Notes: a model not told the origin generated them from the letters alone. Positions 1 through 12,270 are shown, counted from the first letter of the whole stretch. The stretch is 63,107 bases of DNA, filler included, from Rhabdomonas costata (GCA_019059605.1; 46 parts of 46 records of this genome joined end to end with filler, not necessarily neighbours in it); one strand, 5' to 3'. Numbers and translations: made by a program.

Positions 1-1273
1 TGTTGGGTTGCGGATCCATTCTGGCCCGCCTGTCGTCTATTCGCCGTCTATGTCTATGTCGCCTGCACTTGACTGTGCTGCTGTGTGAGCGTGCTTGTGT
101 CTGCGTGCGCGACTGCGCTGTTCTGGGTTCGTTTTACGCCTCGCGTGTCATCTGCCGGCTCAGGGATGCAGCGGCCCTCAAACGACCCTTGATTGATGAG
201 ACCTATTCTACATATCATCCTCCGTGCTTCCATGGAGCCGAATTGTGCTAATGTCCATGCAGAGATGGACAGTTCCGTTCTGTGCATGCCCATGACGGGC
301 CCCTTCCTAAACCGCCTTAAACCAAAAGCCGCACGGCAATCCTCCAAACCGGAGGCCCCTTCCCCCCACGTCCCTACCGCTGTGCTCGATGATCTCCTCA
401 ATGTCCTCTTGGGAGCCCTCCCCGTGCACCATCCCGCTGTACCGCGCCGCAGCGTCCTCTCCACTTACCCGAGGAGCCTTTGGGGTAGCGCCTGGGGAGC
501 AGCACGTCCCTGTGCTTGTGCTGGCCTCCAGGTTCTCACTGGGGACGTCCGACATACATGCGAGGAAGGGATGGGGGAGGGATGGCAGGCCAATGGGGTG
601 GGAGTAAACGGGGAAAGGGTCAGAATTGGGGCGGCTTCACTGCCCCACCATGAAAAGCTAGTCCATTAGAGCAAATACAGAGCAAAGAGATCTGTCGGAC
701 CAGTGAAATGATAAAACCATTGGATAGGAAAAAACAGGTCATCGAGTGCTACCTCTGCGTGAAAGCAATAACTCGACCAAATCAGCTAAACTGTAAACGG
801 GTTCCGGTTTGCTGCGCTATCGACAAACGAACGAGATGCCGCGTTCAATCACTCCCACAGTATGCCGGAGAGGACCTCGCAACCGCTGCTTGTTTCGGCC
901 GTTGGCATTCCGGGAAGTAGTAATTCGATGATGGGTCCGCGACACATTGTTCCCAGACTCATACAAGTCGAAGCCCTCAAAATCGTTTTCAGTTTTCCAA
1001 AGAAGGTACAGGAGATGATTAGCCCTTGGAGCCCTGAAGAGCCGCTGAACCGGTAATCCGGCTGAATATATGACCTTAAGAGGAAACTGATACAATCAGG
1101 CAAAACATCCCTGCATCAATTGATTCCCCCGATTCATTACTCTTCTCTGCCCTTCCTTCTTCGCTGCTACTCCATAGTAAGCCCACTCCATGCAAGCATA
1201 AACAAACCGCAAAGCTAGGCACGGTATGTCGCAGCACCAGCAGGCAGCGGAAAACCGCGAAGAACAACAACCC

Positions 1274-1373
1274 NNNNNNNNNNNNNNNNNNNNNNNNNNN
1301 NNNNNNNNNNNNNNNNNTTAATTAATTAANNNNNNNNNNNNNNNNNNNNNNNNNNNNNNNNNNNNNNNNNNNN
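1274..1373. other. Artificial contig spacer N44-TTAATTAATTAA-N44 (first of 45, recurring about every 1.37 kb)
   Basis: Identical 100-nt spacer with stops in all six frames recurs at 1274, 2649, 4022 ... 61735; flanking fragments are all about 1.27 kb and unrelated. Confidence 0.99.
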
Positions 1374-2648
1374 GTGTTTGGGTGTGTTGGTGTTGGGTGT
1401 GGAGTGTATGGAGGGTCTGGATGGTGTTGCGTTGGACGGTGGTGTTGCAGTGGCTCATGGTATTCCTTCTGTGCTGGGTTCCTTGTTGGGTGGTGTGTAA
1501 TTAGGTGCTATGGTGCTTTTTGCAGTGTTGGGTGTGGGATTGACTACGTGTTGTGTACTGGTTTGTGTTAAGGTGTGCGTTGGTGTCGTATGGTGGGTGG
1601 TGAGCTTTTGCATGGTGTGGGTATTGGAGGCTGGATTCATTACGTCTGCGTGTGCGTGTGTTCTTCTTCTCTTCTGTGTCGGTTTTTGTGCCTGTGTATG
1701 TAGGATATGTTGGTGGTAGCGTTGGTTGTGGTGGTGCTGTTTCTGTCCATGGTTCCGTTTCTTTCAACAATGCTCTCTGTGTCCGTCAACCATGCTCTCT
1801 GTCTCTGTGTCTGTCAACCTTGCTCTCTCTCAGCCATGCTCTCTGTGTCAACCATGCCGAGTCTCTGTTGCGTTGGGTGTCTGGTTCTGGCTGTAGCGTT
1901 GGGTGTGTTGGCTGGTGTTGGTGTTGCGTCCTCTGTGTCTACGTCTCCTGTGGTTGTGTCTTCGTCTCCTGTTGTTGGCTCTGCTTCTAGTAAGATGGTG
2001 CCTGTGTCTACTGCTTCTTGTATGCTTCCTGTTTCCGTTTCTGTGGATGCGTTGTAGTTGGAGGGTAGTGGTTTCGATGCTTCCGTTGTTAGTGCTTAGA
2101 GTGTGTAGAAGGATGGGTTGATGGTTGCTGGCTCTGTTGGTGTGAGGGATGGTGATGGTAGTTGTAATGTAGTGCTTGTGTCTGATGCTTCCAGTGTTCG
2201 TGTTGTACTTGTTTCTGGTTCTGTGAGTGGTTCGATGAAGTGCGTACGTGGTGATGTGATTGGTGATGCTGGTAGTGTGTTGGTAGTGCATGGTGATGGT
2301 TCCTGCGTTCTTGGCTATGAGGGTGTGTTTTTGGAGGGTAATGCTGGTTTGAAGATGGATGGTAGAGGCGTAAGTGTGATGGCTGATTCTGGTAGTGCTG
2401 CTGTAGTGTGTGCGTAAGGGTGTCATGGTGGTTCCTGGTGTTAGCGTTGATGTAGTGCTTTCTGGTGTTCGTGACTCTAGTGCTGTGGTAGTGTTAGCTT
2501 GTATCGGGGTGTGGTGTCAAGGCGTCTTGTGGTTTGTGGTGGTTAGTAGTGCGTTGGTAGTGTGTGTGTCTGTTAGTGTGTCTCATAGTGTTGGATTGTG
2601 GCTTGTGGGGTTGAGTGCGTGTGTTGGTGTTTGCGTTGGTGGTTGGTG
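1374..2648 (-). repeat. Low-complexity G/T-rich fragment; minus strand reads as a degenerate Thr/Pro/Ser-rich mucin-like sequence
   Basis: Minus strand gives stretches such as EPETSTTRTLEASDTSTTLQLPSPSLTPTEPAT and EAEPTTGDEDTTTGDVDTEDATPTPANTP, interrupted by TAA/TAG/TGA stops and a frameshift. Confidence 0.45.
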
Positions 2649-5496
2649 NNNNNNNNNNNNNNNNNNNNNNNNNNNNNNNNNNNNNNNNNNNNTTAATTAA
2701 TTAANNNNNNNNNNNNNNNNNNNNNNNNNNNNNNNNNNNNNNNNNNNNAAGGGAGCTTTGGTGTGGTTTGGGGACTGCCCCCAGGAGGAGGCGGTAGTGT
2801 TTTGCACTGTTCTTTTTTTTGTTTTTTTTGTGTGTAGGGCAGTGCTGTCATTAGTGCCTTTGCTGGAGGGAAGGCTAATTGTCAAACCGTTTTCACATTT
2901 TGGATTTTCGCATGCATAAAAGTGTCGAAAGAAGGTTGCGTCCATTAATAATGAAGCAAAAATTGACGAAATAGAAAAGAAGAAGAAAACACGGGACCCC
3001 AGGTGTGCAAAACCACACCTTCTGCCTGGTGGTGTGGATGGATCCCACTGTTCTCCATCGTTCGTGAGCTGGGGTTAGGGTCGAGGTGATCCAAGTCTGC
3101 TTTTGTTTGGACTGTGTTGAGTGGGGTGTCGGTTCCAACTGACCCAACCGTGGCCTCGCAGATGCCGATTTCTCCGGTGAAGAACTCGCCCGCCTCGGAA
3201 CAGGGTTGCACCCCATCCCCAAGCATCGACGACGCCCCATGCGACAGCAGCGATAGCTCCTGTTGCTCCTTCAAGGGCCGCGGGCGGCGAGTGAGCTTCT
3301 CGTCTGGCCCATCGCTTTGCATCAGCGCGGAGGAAGTGGAGGACGCTGAGTCGTCTTCCGCTGCGAAGGTTAGTACTGTATTTCCACTCTTGAGGACTCT
3401 CGTATCGTACTACTGTATTTCTACTCTCGTTTGGCATGGCTTCTCCCGTCTTTGTCGCCACGTATCTTTTTTCAAGGTGCTGTGGTGTGCGAAGCAAAGT
3501 CATATTTGGCAACACGTTTTTTTCCGCAGAGGGTTTGCTTTTGCCTTCCGTGACCATCTTTGGCCATCTGTGCCCAACTCGGGGCATCTGTGACACAAAA
3601 GTGTGCCATCATCTGACCAAAAATAAGGTTGGATGATTTCGGGGCTCCGCCTCCGCGCCCTACTGCTAACATAGCCTGTCCCAGGGGAAACCTGACACAG
3701 TTACCTAATCCCATGTTCAGGAGGACAACACTGGACAAAGAAGGCAAGAAGTCAAGTGAGAAGGGAGGACGAGGTTGTAATCTAAAGTAATGTGCAAGTG
3801 GAGGAGTTATGCGACAACGACTCCCCAGGCGAGAAAACCCGCTTTTCTCAATGGCGGTGTTGGGGTAAGGGGGAAAGAAGCGTCATACGTACGATGTTTC
3901 ACCCATTGAGAGCTGGAAAGAACACCAATGCCACGGAAGGATAAGGTGACGGGCGGTCACCTGCACCAGTTAGATGCTGAGGGGTGTGTGAAAAGTTGCA
4001 TTTTTTAACCCAAAAACACACNNNNNNNNNNNNNNNNNNNNNNNNNNNNNNNNNNNNNNNNNNNNTTAATTAATTAANNNNNNNNNNNNNNNNNNNNNNN
4101 NNNNNNNNNNNNNNNNNNNNNTTTGTTTGTGTTGTTGTCCTGGCGACAAACACGGAAAAGATTGTGGAGTCTTGAACAATAAAGCCCGCAGAGCAAACCT
4201 TAGGTCACCTTGAAGAAGAAGAACAGTGAAATTCACTGGACGTGGGGGGAATGCCCGATGCAGTTGCCCTGGATTCTTTTCCTTACGCCCTGTCCAACCG
4301 CAGTAGTCAACGAGCATTCTTCGAGCCTATGTTGAGTACTCGAGGTCACCCGCCTTCGGTTGAGACTTCGTATTGTTGGTCTTATGTAGATGTGGGCCCG
4401 GATATGTGTAATCTTTCATGACGCGAATGGGGGGGATCCTTTTTTACTCGAGCAGCGACTCACAGGCTTGAAGCGGCTTGATTTCAATGGGGAGAGGATG
4501 CAGGTGAGACCTAGGCTGGATGACAGGGAAAGACAGCTCCTTCAGCTCCCGCTTGGATCTTCCGCGGCTACCGCCGCCGGAGGTGAGGATCCCATCCTCT
4601 TTGGGGGTCAGCGCCCACGGGCCATGGGACATGAACCCAAACAGCGCATGTGCGGTTGCCAGCGAGGGAGATGAGGACGTGGACCCGAGCACCGGGTCGA
4701 CAACGGTGCGCCGGGAGACAAAAAGAGCAAGGAAGGCAGCCGCAAGCCCTTACGGCATGTGAAGGGTGCGCGCACGAGGGTATGGGTGTGGAAAAGGGAA
4801 GGTTGGACCTGGCGCAAATCAAACGCAACCGAAGCGAGCCAGGAGGGAGCAAGGGGAGGGAGGATGCGAAAAAAATACAAAACGATGCAAAGCAGGAACA
4901 AACAAGTAGTAAAGGCGACAGTCAGGGTAACTGTGAAAAATAACAATGAAGTGGTAATCCAACCAACCCAACCACATCACTAAAGTGAGGACACGCACGC
5001 CAAGAATGATACCTCCAATTTTTGTTAGGGAAAGCGATTTCAGTGTGTTCAACAAACAACTTTCAATCTTCAAATTCCAAACCTCTAACCGAGAACTCAA
5101 ATATCTGCACTCTGGCCCATGTGGAAAGTGAGAAGCGAGAGACTACAGCTAATGTCACTCGCACCACTGGAAAACATCGGCATATTCCAGAATACGTAAG
5201 GAACAACCAAGATGACATGGTTTACACCCCGAAAGGCAACATTTTCACTGTTTAGGAGGAACAGAAAATATTTCTCACCGGGGAAAAATCAAGGTGTAAG
5301 CGCAGATGAGGTACATCTACACCCCTGCGGGACACAGACTAATGTGCACGAACCACGCATATAGTTCCCTAGCTTACGGGGAATATACACCGTCCCNNNN
5401 NNNNNNNNNNNNNNNNNNNNNNNNNNNNNNNNNNNNNNNNTTAATTAATTAANNNNNNNNNNNNNNNNNNNNNNNNNNNNNNNNNNNNNNNNNNNN

Positions 5497-5513
5497 GTGG
5501 TGGGTGTGTTTGG
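5497..5513 (+). other. WGA primer remnant GTGGTGGGTGTGTTTGG (also at 21996 and 52217; reverse-complement variants end fragments at 8146, 34260, 38380)
   Basis: Same 17-mer at the starts of unrelated fragments; resembles GenomePlex/SeqPlex-type G/T-only universal primers. Confidence 0.8.
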
Positions 5514-5518
5514 GGGGG

Positions 5519-6584
5519 TGGGGCACGCTGGGGTTCGCCCCGGTCCTGCTGCGGCGCTCGGAGTTCCTCACGGAGGAGCGCAAGTTCACCTACGTCCCCG
5601 TCGATGGCACCCCGGTGACCGTGGTGCTGGCGAAGGGCCAGCTGGGGTTCACGTACTGCCAAGTCCTGGTGGTGTACGCCTTGGCCAAGGCCGCCAAGAT
5701 CACCGTCACGCCGGCAGCCGAGGTGCGTCCTCCAGTTAGCAGCTTTGCTGTTTCGTCCCGTTGATTTGTGCCACTGGAAGGCTGTGGTGACCTTTTTCTT
5801 CCTCGAACGTGGCCAACGCAGTCGTTTCGTTTTCTTTGATGTGGAGGGTGAAATGCCAGCAACCGGGCGGCTATGAGGCTGGTGCTCTTTGAAAAGACAT
5901 CATCCCCCTGGCAGATAATGAGTTATAGAGACATTACAAAAAAGCCAACGGCCGAGCAGTGAGAATAGTTTTGGTTACCATTTATAGGTTGTAGGTCGTT
6001 ATAGTAACCAAAGTGGTAAAAACTGATGTTTCTCACATACCCCATCCCTCCACAGCACAAATCTTTCATTACCTTAATTTGGCGTGTTCCGGAACCCACG
6101 CCACCCCACCCCACGGAAGCAATGCAGAGACACTCTGCCGCTGCACTGTTATCTACCCTAACCAGCGTCACTGGTCAAGTGAAGAGATTTGACTGTGCGT
6201 GTGCGAAAGGTTGCGAAGCAAACAGGTAATAACAATAGAAGAAAATGGGAACAATCATGCATCTTGGGGGGTATTCTCTTCTTTAGAATTCGTTATGAGT
6301 GTTTAAGATCGTGGCCGGGAGGCTGCAGTGTCGGAGTATTTATTCGAATCTTTCTTTCACTTGGTTTTCATGGTATTGGTTCTCTCTTCATTTCAAAAAG
6401 ATGGGTTGTTCTTCCCTCCACTTTTGGGTATGTCCATACGCACCTCGCTTCGTAGAAGGCTCCCGTGGAGGTAATTTCGGGGAAGCAGCTTAGCCCGGCG
6501 TGGAGTCAGGCCATCTTCCAGCGCTCTGGTAAGATCCGGCAGCTTCTGGTGGAGGTCGACGAGGCGGACCTTCTCTCGGCGTGA
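5519..6584 (+). CDS. C-terminal two exons (about 5519-5722, 6456-6584) of a GH149-like beta-1,3-glucan phosphorylase
   Basis: Phase-0 GT-AG intron 5723-6455 joins GTLGFAPVLLRRSEFLTEERKFTYVPVDG...GQLGFTYCQVLVVY...AAE to KAPVEVISGKQLSPAWSQAIFQRSGKIRQLLVEVDEADLLSA*; motifs LLRRSEFL, FTYCQVxVVY and SQAIFQRSG resemble the C-terminus of GH149 proteins as I recall them. Confidence 0.7.
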
Positions 6585-7166
6585 GCCGTTTCCACAGCCT
6601 CACCTCTACCCCAACACACACTCTCTCACTCCTTCTGTCTTCCCCCCGCCGCATCAAATTGACCATCCCCCTGATTTCTTTTTTCCCTGGGGTTCAACCT
6701 CCGTCGCTCGGTTTTCGAAATCCTCTCTTTCCCACCACGGAACAATTCAAACACACCTCACCCCAAAACCCNNNNNNNNNNNNNNNNNNNNNNNNNNNNN
6801 NNNNNNNNNNNNNNNTTAATTAATTAANNNNNNNNNNNNNNNNNNNNNNNNNNNNNNNNNNNNNNNNNNNNGGTTTTTTTTTTCTGCGCCCCGGGCTTCT
6901 GTGAAATCCGGGCTATCGATTCTGTTTGACTTTTCCGCTTTTCTGAATGGTAATCTCGATTGACGATTTCCTTTGGCAGATATGCAGAGGCTCTGGTGTG
7001 CTTTTTCTTCCTCTGTTGCATGGTCCATTGCTTTCGTAGCTTACGGCGCTGACCCTGAGTTGCTCCTCGATTGCCGGGTGCCTGGGGATCGCTTCCTATA
7101 CGCAAATTTCCAGCAGCAGCAGTGGGTACGATATGCGCGCAGAGAAGGAGGTGAGGGGTTCAGTAA

Positions 7167-7294
7167 CCCCGGGCCTTTTGCAGGCCTGCACACTAAGCCT
7201 AAGCTTTCGGCAGGGATTGCTTAACGTGCCCAGGAGTACTTCATGCTGGCACGGTGTGGACCGGAATGCTTGGGTTTACAGTCGCCCTAGAGGC
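7167..7294 (+). repeat. Dispersed repeat, copy 1 (second copy inverted at 49148-49305)
   Basis: Shared blocks TTTGCAGGCCTGCA..CT.AGCCTAAG.TTTCGGC, GCCCAGGAGTACTTCATGCTGGCAC, CCGGAATG and CTAGAGGC in the same order in two unrelated fragments. Confidence 0.85.
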
Positions 7295-9047
7295 CCATAG
7301 GCCATTCAGGCTTGGAATGACCGTTGTTTTTTTTTACACTTGCTCTTAGCGTCTAGCGCACTCACGGACACCATGAACGGACACTAACACCACAACACTA
7401 CCACGAGTCAAATGAGATGACACCCTTCGTGGGCCCCCTTACAAAGGGCCGGGATGGAGCACCCAACGAAGGGATTGCCGACAATTTGGCGAGCGAAAAC
7501 TCACGAAAACGGGGGGGACAGAAAAATCTCCGAATATGGGATCCCTGCCGATGGCTATCAACGGGCACCTCATCAGCCAACACTGCGGGCTCATGCGTAT
7601 TCACAGCCACTGCTATGCGTTCGAAGCGCGCGCGCGCACGCACACACACACATACATGTATGTGTATACATACACGCTCACTTACTCACTCATTATTGTC
7701 GTCCTGTGTGGATGTAAGTGGGTATGGTTTTCCCACGCGGCAGGCTCTCTGGGGGTGCGATTGCCGGCATTGTCATTGGAGCTGTCGCGGGTATTGTGCT
7801 GCTGCTCATCGGAGCTGTTGTGATTCGCCGCTGGAAGGGCTCTCGCTTGACCGGCCAGACTAGCTGCAGCTAAATAATGAACGGAACCGCCTTCAGAACC
7901 AGAGCCAGGGTTGCGGATATGCCGACGTGGTTGTGTTCTGTTTAGAAAGACGGTGCGTGTGTTTTTTATGCTTGTGGGGTTGTCTTGTTCTCGAGCGTTT
8001 GCTCACCGCTGCCGTGTCCTCTGTCTCAGTGCGCTTTTCTGCTTTTTTTTTCGCCATGTTCCTGCGTACCTTTGCTCACCCCTCGCTTATCCTTCACCGC
8101 TTTTCCTCCTCCACTGCCCCCCCACACACCCAAACACACCCAGCACNNNNNNNNNNNNNNNNNNNNNNNNNNNNNNNNNNNNNNNNNNNNTTAATTAATT
8201 AANNNNNNNNNNNNNNNNNNNNNNNNNNNNNNNNNNNNNNNNNNNNTCCGTCTCCAGAAGCAGTCGGTGGGGGTCGATCGGCTGTGTGTGGGCAGGAGGA
8301 TGGAAGAGGGGAGGAAGAGATGAGCGCTTCACTGAAGCGGTGCTGCCAGTATGCCTCTTTTCTTAACCAACCGGTTGGAAAACACTGGAGGGGCGAAGAT
8401 TCCATTTGGGAGACGGCCCGTGCCTTGATCCTTGCAGTCCAATCTGCTCCAAGCAATTTCATTGGGTGGCCGTGGGTGTGGCCAGATCAGCGAACCTGCC
8501 GTCCGCTTTCAGCCTACGTCTTGCTTTGGACTTGGTAGTACTAGGTAAAACACAGGAAATTTCGGATGCAGCGATGTAACGCACATGAAAGTATAGTCCC
8601 TTGCTGGCCCTTTCCTTTGTACACCTTTTGCACCACAATAACAATTGCAAAATCCTGTGGGCTTTTATGGCTCAACAATCATGAACATGCGCTCACTCGC
8701 TCTACTCATCACCTCCTATGGCAATTGCTGTCATGAATACTGAAACCAGTAATTGCATTTGTTAGTTGCATCTTTGTCACCTTTCAAACTTTACCCCAGC
8801 AATACGAATGGACACATACACCACCTGGAGGGAAGGGGGAAACGCAATTGAGGGGGCCCACCAAACATAACCTGGCCTTCCTTCTCATGGGTAACTGCCT
8901 TCAACGAACGCCTCTAAGGGTTTTTATTGCCTTTTGTTGTTTTTGTGTCCTGATTCTTGAGTTTTCCGCCAACTCCCCTTTTGGTGACTGCCCTTGTATC
9001 ATAGAAAATAGTTTGGCGTCGTTTTTGCTGCTGGCTCCTTCTCGCAG

Positions 9048-9143
9048 GTCACAGTGCTCTCCGTGAGGATCCGGAACTTCTCTTCCCTCCTTCACGCCGA
9101 CCCTTCTGCGACCGTGCGCAGCTACAACGATTTTATCGAGAAG
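9048..9143 (+). CDS. Exon of a probable degenerate class III nucleotide cyclase domain
   Basis: cgcag|VTVLSVRIRNFSSLLHADPSATVRSYNDFIEK|gt resembles the VTVLFxDIxNFT...LNxF start of adenylate/guanylate cyclases; the first metal-binding Asp is absent. Confidence 0.4.
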
Positions 9144-9660
9144 GTCCCTGCTCGACTTCTTCTGCGCCAGATTCTTTCCCTGGGACAGCCCCCGTCCGAG
9201 CTCTTTTTGTGCAGCCGTCTGGGCGATGCAAATGGCGCAGCAGCAGCCTCGCAGCACACCCTGGGATCGCGTCACTCTCCTCACCGCTACGGCAGTGGGC
9301 TAATTAACAACCGCTTTTTTTGTATTTCTGGTGAGTTATAGTCGCACTTTATTCTGAGCAATGTATACGTTATATTATGTTATATTATGTCGCCACCCAT
9401 ATCGACACATGAACAAATGAATGTTCATTTTTATTACCAGCAACCTCAAACAAAAAAACTGTCACAATGGTACGAGAGATGCAGCTCTTGCCAATATGAA
9501 AAGCCGAGAACAAAACAAAACNNNNNNNNNNNNNNNNNNNNNNNNNNNNNNNNNNNNNNNNNNNNTTAATTAATTAANNNNNNNNNNNNNNNNNNNNNNN
9601 NNNNNNNNNNNNNNNNNNNNNTGTGTGTGGGGGACCCCGCCTACTGTGAAACACGAGGTA

Positions 9661-9697
9661 ACAACAGGAAAGGGTGACCCTCACCCTTTCCTGTTGT
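9661..9697. repeat. Perfect 17-bp hairpin
   Basis: ACAACAGGAAAGGGTGA-CCC-TCACCCTTTCCTGTTGT. Confidence 0.9.
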
Positions 9698-10323
9698 CGG
9701 GGAGAGGAGCAGTTTCTTCCAACCGCAACCAGTACCAGTCTCAGCCTTCCTTGGGGTAATGGGACGATGTCGTCATGAATTGAATCCTTATCATCAAAAA
9801 CGGTCTTGCTTTATGTCCCAAGTGCGTAGAAGTGTGCCGATTCCCACTGCTGTGTGCAGAGCCCTGTGATCGACGAATTGCTGTGCAGGGCCCTTCCAGC
9901 GCAGCGCCAAAGATCGGGCGCGGTCCCAGTGCGTGAGTGAGTGTACGCTCCCACTTGGCAGGTGGGTCCCAGCGCATGTGTCCGTTCCTGTGAGTTTTGA
10001 TTTCGTCCATGGCGGCCCTTCCCGCCCCAATTTACCGACGGCCCTACGACCGATGCGTACAAGGCGGGCCGTGCAGTGTTCCGACCGAAATCTGACTGAA
10101 ATCCGACTGAAATCTGTGTATTTGGGGCGAAGCTCCCCATTCGTGCTGCGCAGCCCCCCCCCCTTGAGGTTTTTATCGGGTCCCACTCTGTTGAACTAGT
10201 AAATTGTTGGTCCACTTGATGGAAGTGATCCATTTTGCACACGCTATATTCTTTTTACACTTTTCGGACGTTCCTTCTAGCTAAAGATGACCCAGGAGTC
10301 TGGGAGGAGAGCTGGGAGGATGC

Positions 10324-10535
10324 CTCCAGGTCAGCAGCCTGGCGCTGTCCACGCGGCAGGCCATGTCGCTGATTTTGCGCTGGATGGCGTACAGCTTCGA
10401 GACAGTGATCCCAAAAGCCTTGCGCTCCAGGCTGTACTTCGAGGCCAGCTCCAGGGAGGCCTGCGCGATACCCAGGGCCTGCCCCGCCACCCCTATCCGG
10501 ATGTGGTCCAGCGCCATCATCGCGATGTGGAACCC
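10324..10535 (-). CDS. Internal exon of an acyl-CoA dehydrogenase (short-chain/butyryl-CoA type), C-terminal domain
   Basis: tcttag|GFHIAMMALDHIRIGVAGQALGIAQASLELASKYSLERKAFGITVSKLYAIQRKISDMACRVDSARLLTWR; classic ACAD GFxIAM..RIGIA.QALGIA..RKAFG motif; similarity ends at an apparent GC donor. Confidence 0.93.
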
Positions 10536-11309
10536 CTAAGAGAAAGGAAAAACGGAGGGAGCGTCCAAGGCTGATCTTACATGAATGCTTACACTAGCCT
10601 ATTTTCAGCTTTGACTTTGGGACACTTTTGTGTTTGTGTACGTTTTGTGCATGTACTGTGCTTTGTTCGTGTTTGTGTATGTTTGTGGGATGAAAAAGCA
10701 GGAAAGGAAGGACGCACATACACATACGCACACACATGAAGCTGACTGTGGGTGAAAAGAAAAGCTGCCCTTAACTCAAGACACACGCAGCCATGACACT
10801 CCTCGGAGGGTCCTAAAGCACTGTTCTCCGACGTGGGGTGCCGGCTCACCAAACAACAGGCCAGCACCCTCCACCTGCCCACGTTTCCCACCAACANNNN
10901 NNNNNNNNNNNNNNNNNNNNNNNNNNNNNNNNNNNNNNNNTTAATTAATTAANNNNNNNNNNNNNNNNNNNNNNNNNNNNNNNNNNNNNNNNNNNNTTGT
11001 TTTGTTTGCTTGGAAAATAGTAAAACCAGTGCAATTTTTTTGATTTCGAAAATATTCTCTTCTTGCCAAATCATATTTTGGCTGTTTTCAAGTCGCGTAT
11101 TTCACATTATAACAATCGTCTTTTTGCGCCAACACCGTCCTGTTTTGGGAAACATGGCACACTTTAACTTTTCCTTGCTGCACTGCTGCCTGCTGCAAAA
11201 AATAAGCTGTCCCATTCGGAAACTTTTGTACGAGCGTGTGTTCGTGTTTTACCGTTCGCGTGTATTCCCTCTCCAGTTCACCACCTTCCTTTGTTACTGC
11301 AAGGAAACC

Positions 11310-12270
11310 CAATGTGGATTGGAAGCGGCTAGCCTGAGAAAACTTTACTCGCAAAAGCGGTCCCTCCAATCCCAAGACAGCGAGGCGCTTCCACAGTATC
11401 TTGGAGACGGGCTCCAAGGCTTCCCAGCGCGTGCTTGCGGGCCAGCCTACGAATACACCGCCGGGCTTCGGGGCCTCATGGTCTCTGCGGCGGATGGCGT
11501 AAACCTCATGTGTTTCTTGCCACACTCCGAGTTGAACTTCGAGGCCTCGCGCTGCTCTGCTTCCGTGCCGGTGCCGGGTGAATCCTCCGCTGCAGAAGCG
11601 GAATGGCGCAAAATGTGCACCACACACACGTCAACGTGCTCAGGGGCCGCCTCGGACGGCTCCAGCAGGAGGACGTGAGACCGAGAAGTACCATCAGAAA
11701 GGGGATCCTCAAGCTTGGTCGGAATTCCAGCACGGTTAAATTCTGCCGCGAGAGAGTCTCGCAGAAGGTTGTGCCGAGCGTACATCCCGCAAGAAGGACA
11801 CGCCAGAAAGTGATCCCCGAAAGCGTCCCGCAACCTCCCCAGAGAGTGCCTTCGCGCAAAGGAAGACCCAACCGAAAGAAGCAGAGCACCTGCCACTCGT
11901 CGGCAGTGAGGCTTGTCCAACCGTCGTACTCAAGGGGTAGGTTCGTAACTCCTCCATAGGCGCCAGTGCAGAGATTACGGACGCTCAAGCCGCTCTGAAG
12001 CAATCACGATCAAATTCACGTCTACGCACACGGCAGAGGTCCAGAGCTTCTGATCTGTCCAGGTGCCCAACCTTGAGTCCTCCAACAATACAATTGTCGG
12101 CAGAGGCTGGTTCATTTCCGGGAGCTTGGAGAAAAGAGAGCTCACTGCGGGCATTAGGTCCGGATCCAGGCGGGTCAACGGAAGTCTCCCCGAGCAAGTG
12201 AGGAAGGATAACAACTGGTTCGGTTCAGTTGCACCGAAGCCCCCCAAACGAACAGAGAGAGAAGCCAAAC
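11310..12270 (-). mobile_element. Decayed non-LTR retrotransposon (CRE-like clade): RT thumb, Zn knuckle and restriction-like endonuclease region
   Basis: Across three frames: ASLSVRLGGFG (thumb), LTADEWQVLCFFRLGLP...GCG, DAFGDHFLACPSCGMYARHNLLRDSLA..AG..KLE, HVDVCVVH, SKFNSECGKKHMRFTPSAAET; frameshifts indicate inactivation. Confidence 0.8.

Noticed and set aside
1700-2648. Stop-codon reassignment in the mucin-like minus-strand frame
   Set aside because: All three stop types and a frameshift occur, and conserved exons elsewhere contain no in-frame stops; low complexity or decay explains it
5497-5513. G/T-rich fragment ends as telomeres of nanochromosomes or minichromosomes
   Set aside because: No tandem telomeric unit; a shared 17-mer plus random G/T bases fits WGA primers, fragments cut genes mid-exon, and uniform length suggests size-sorted contigs
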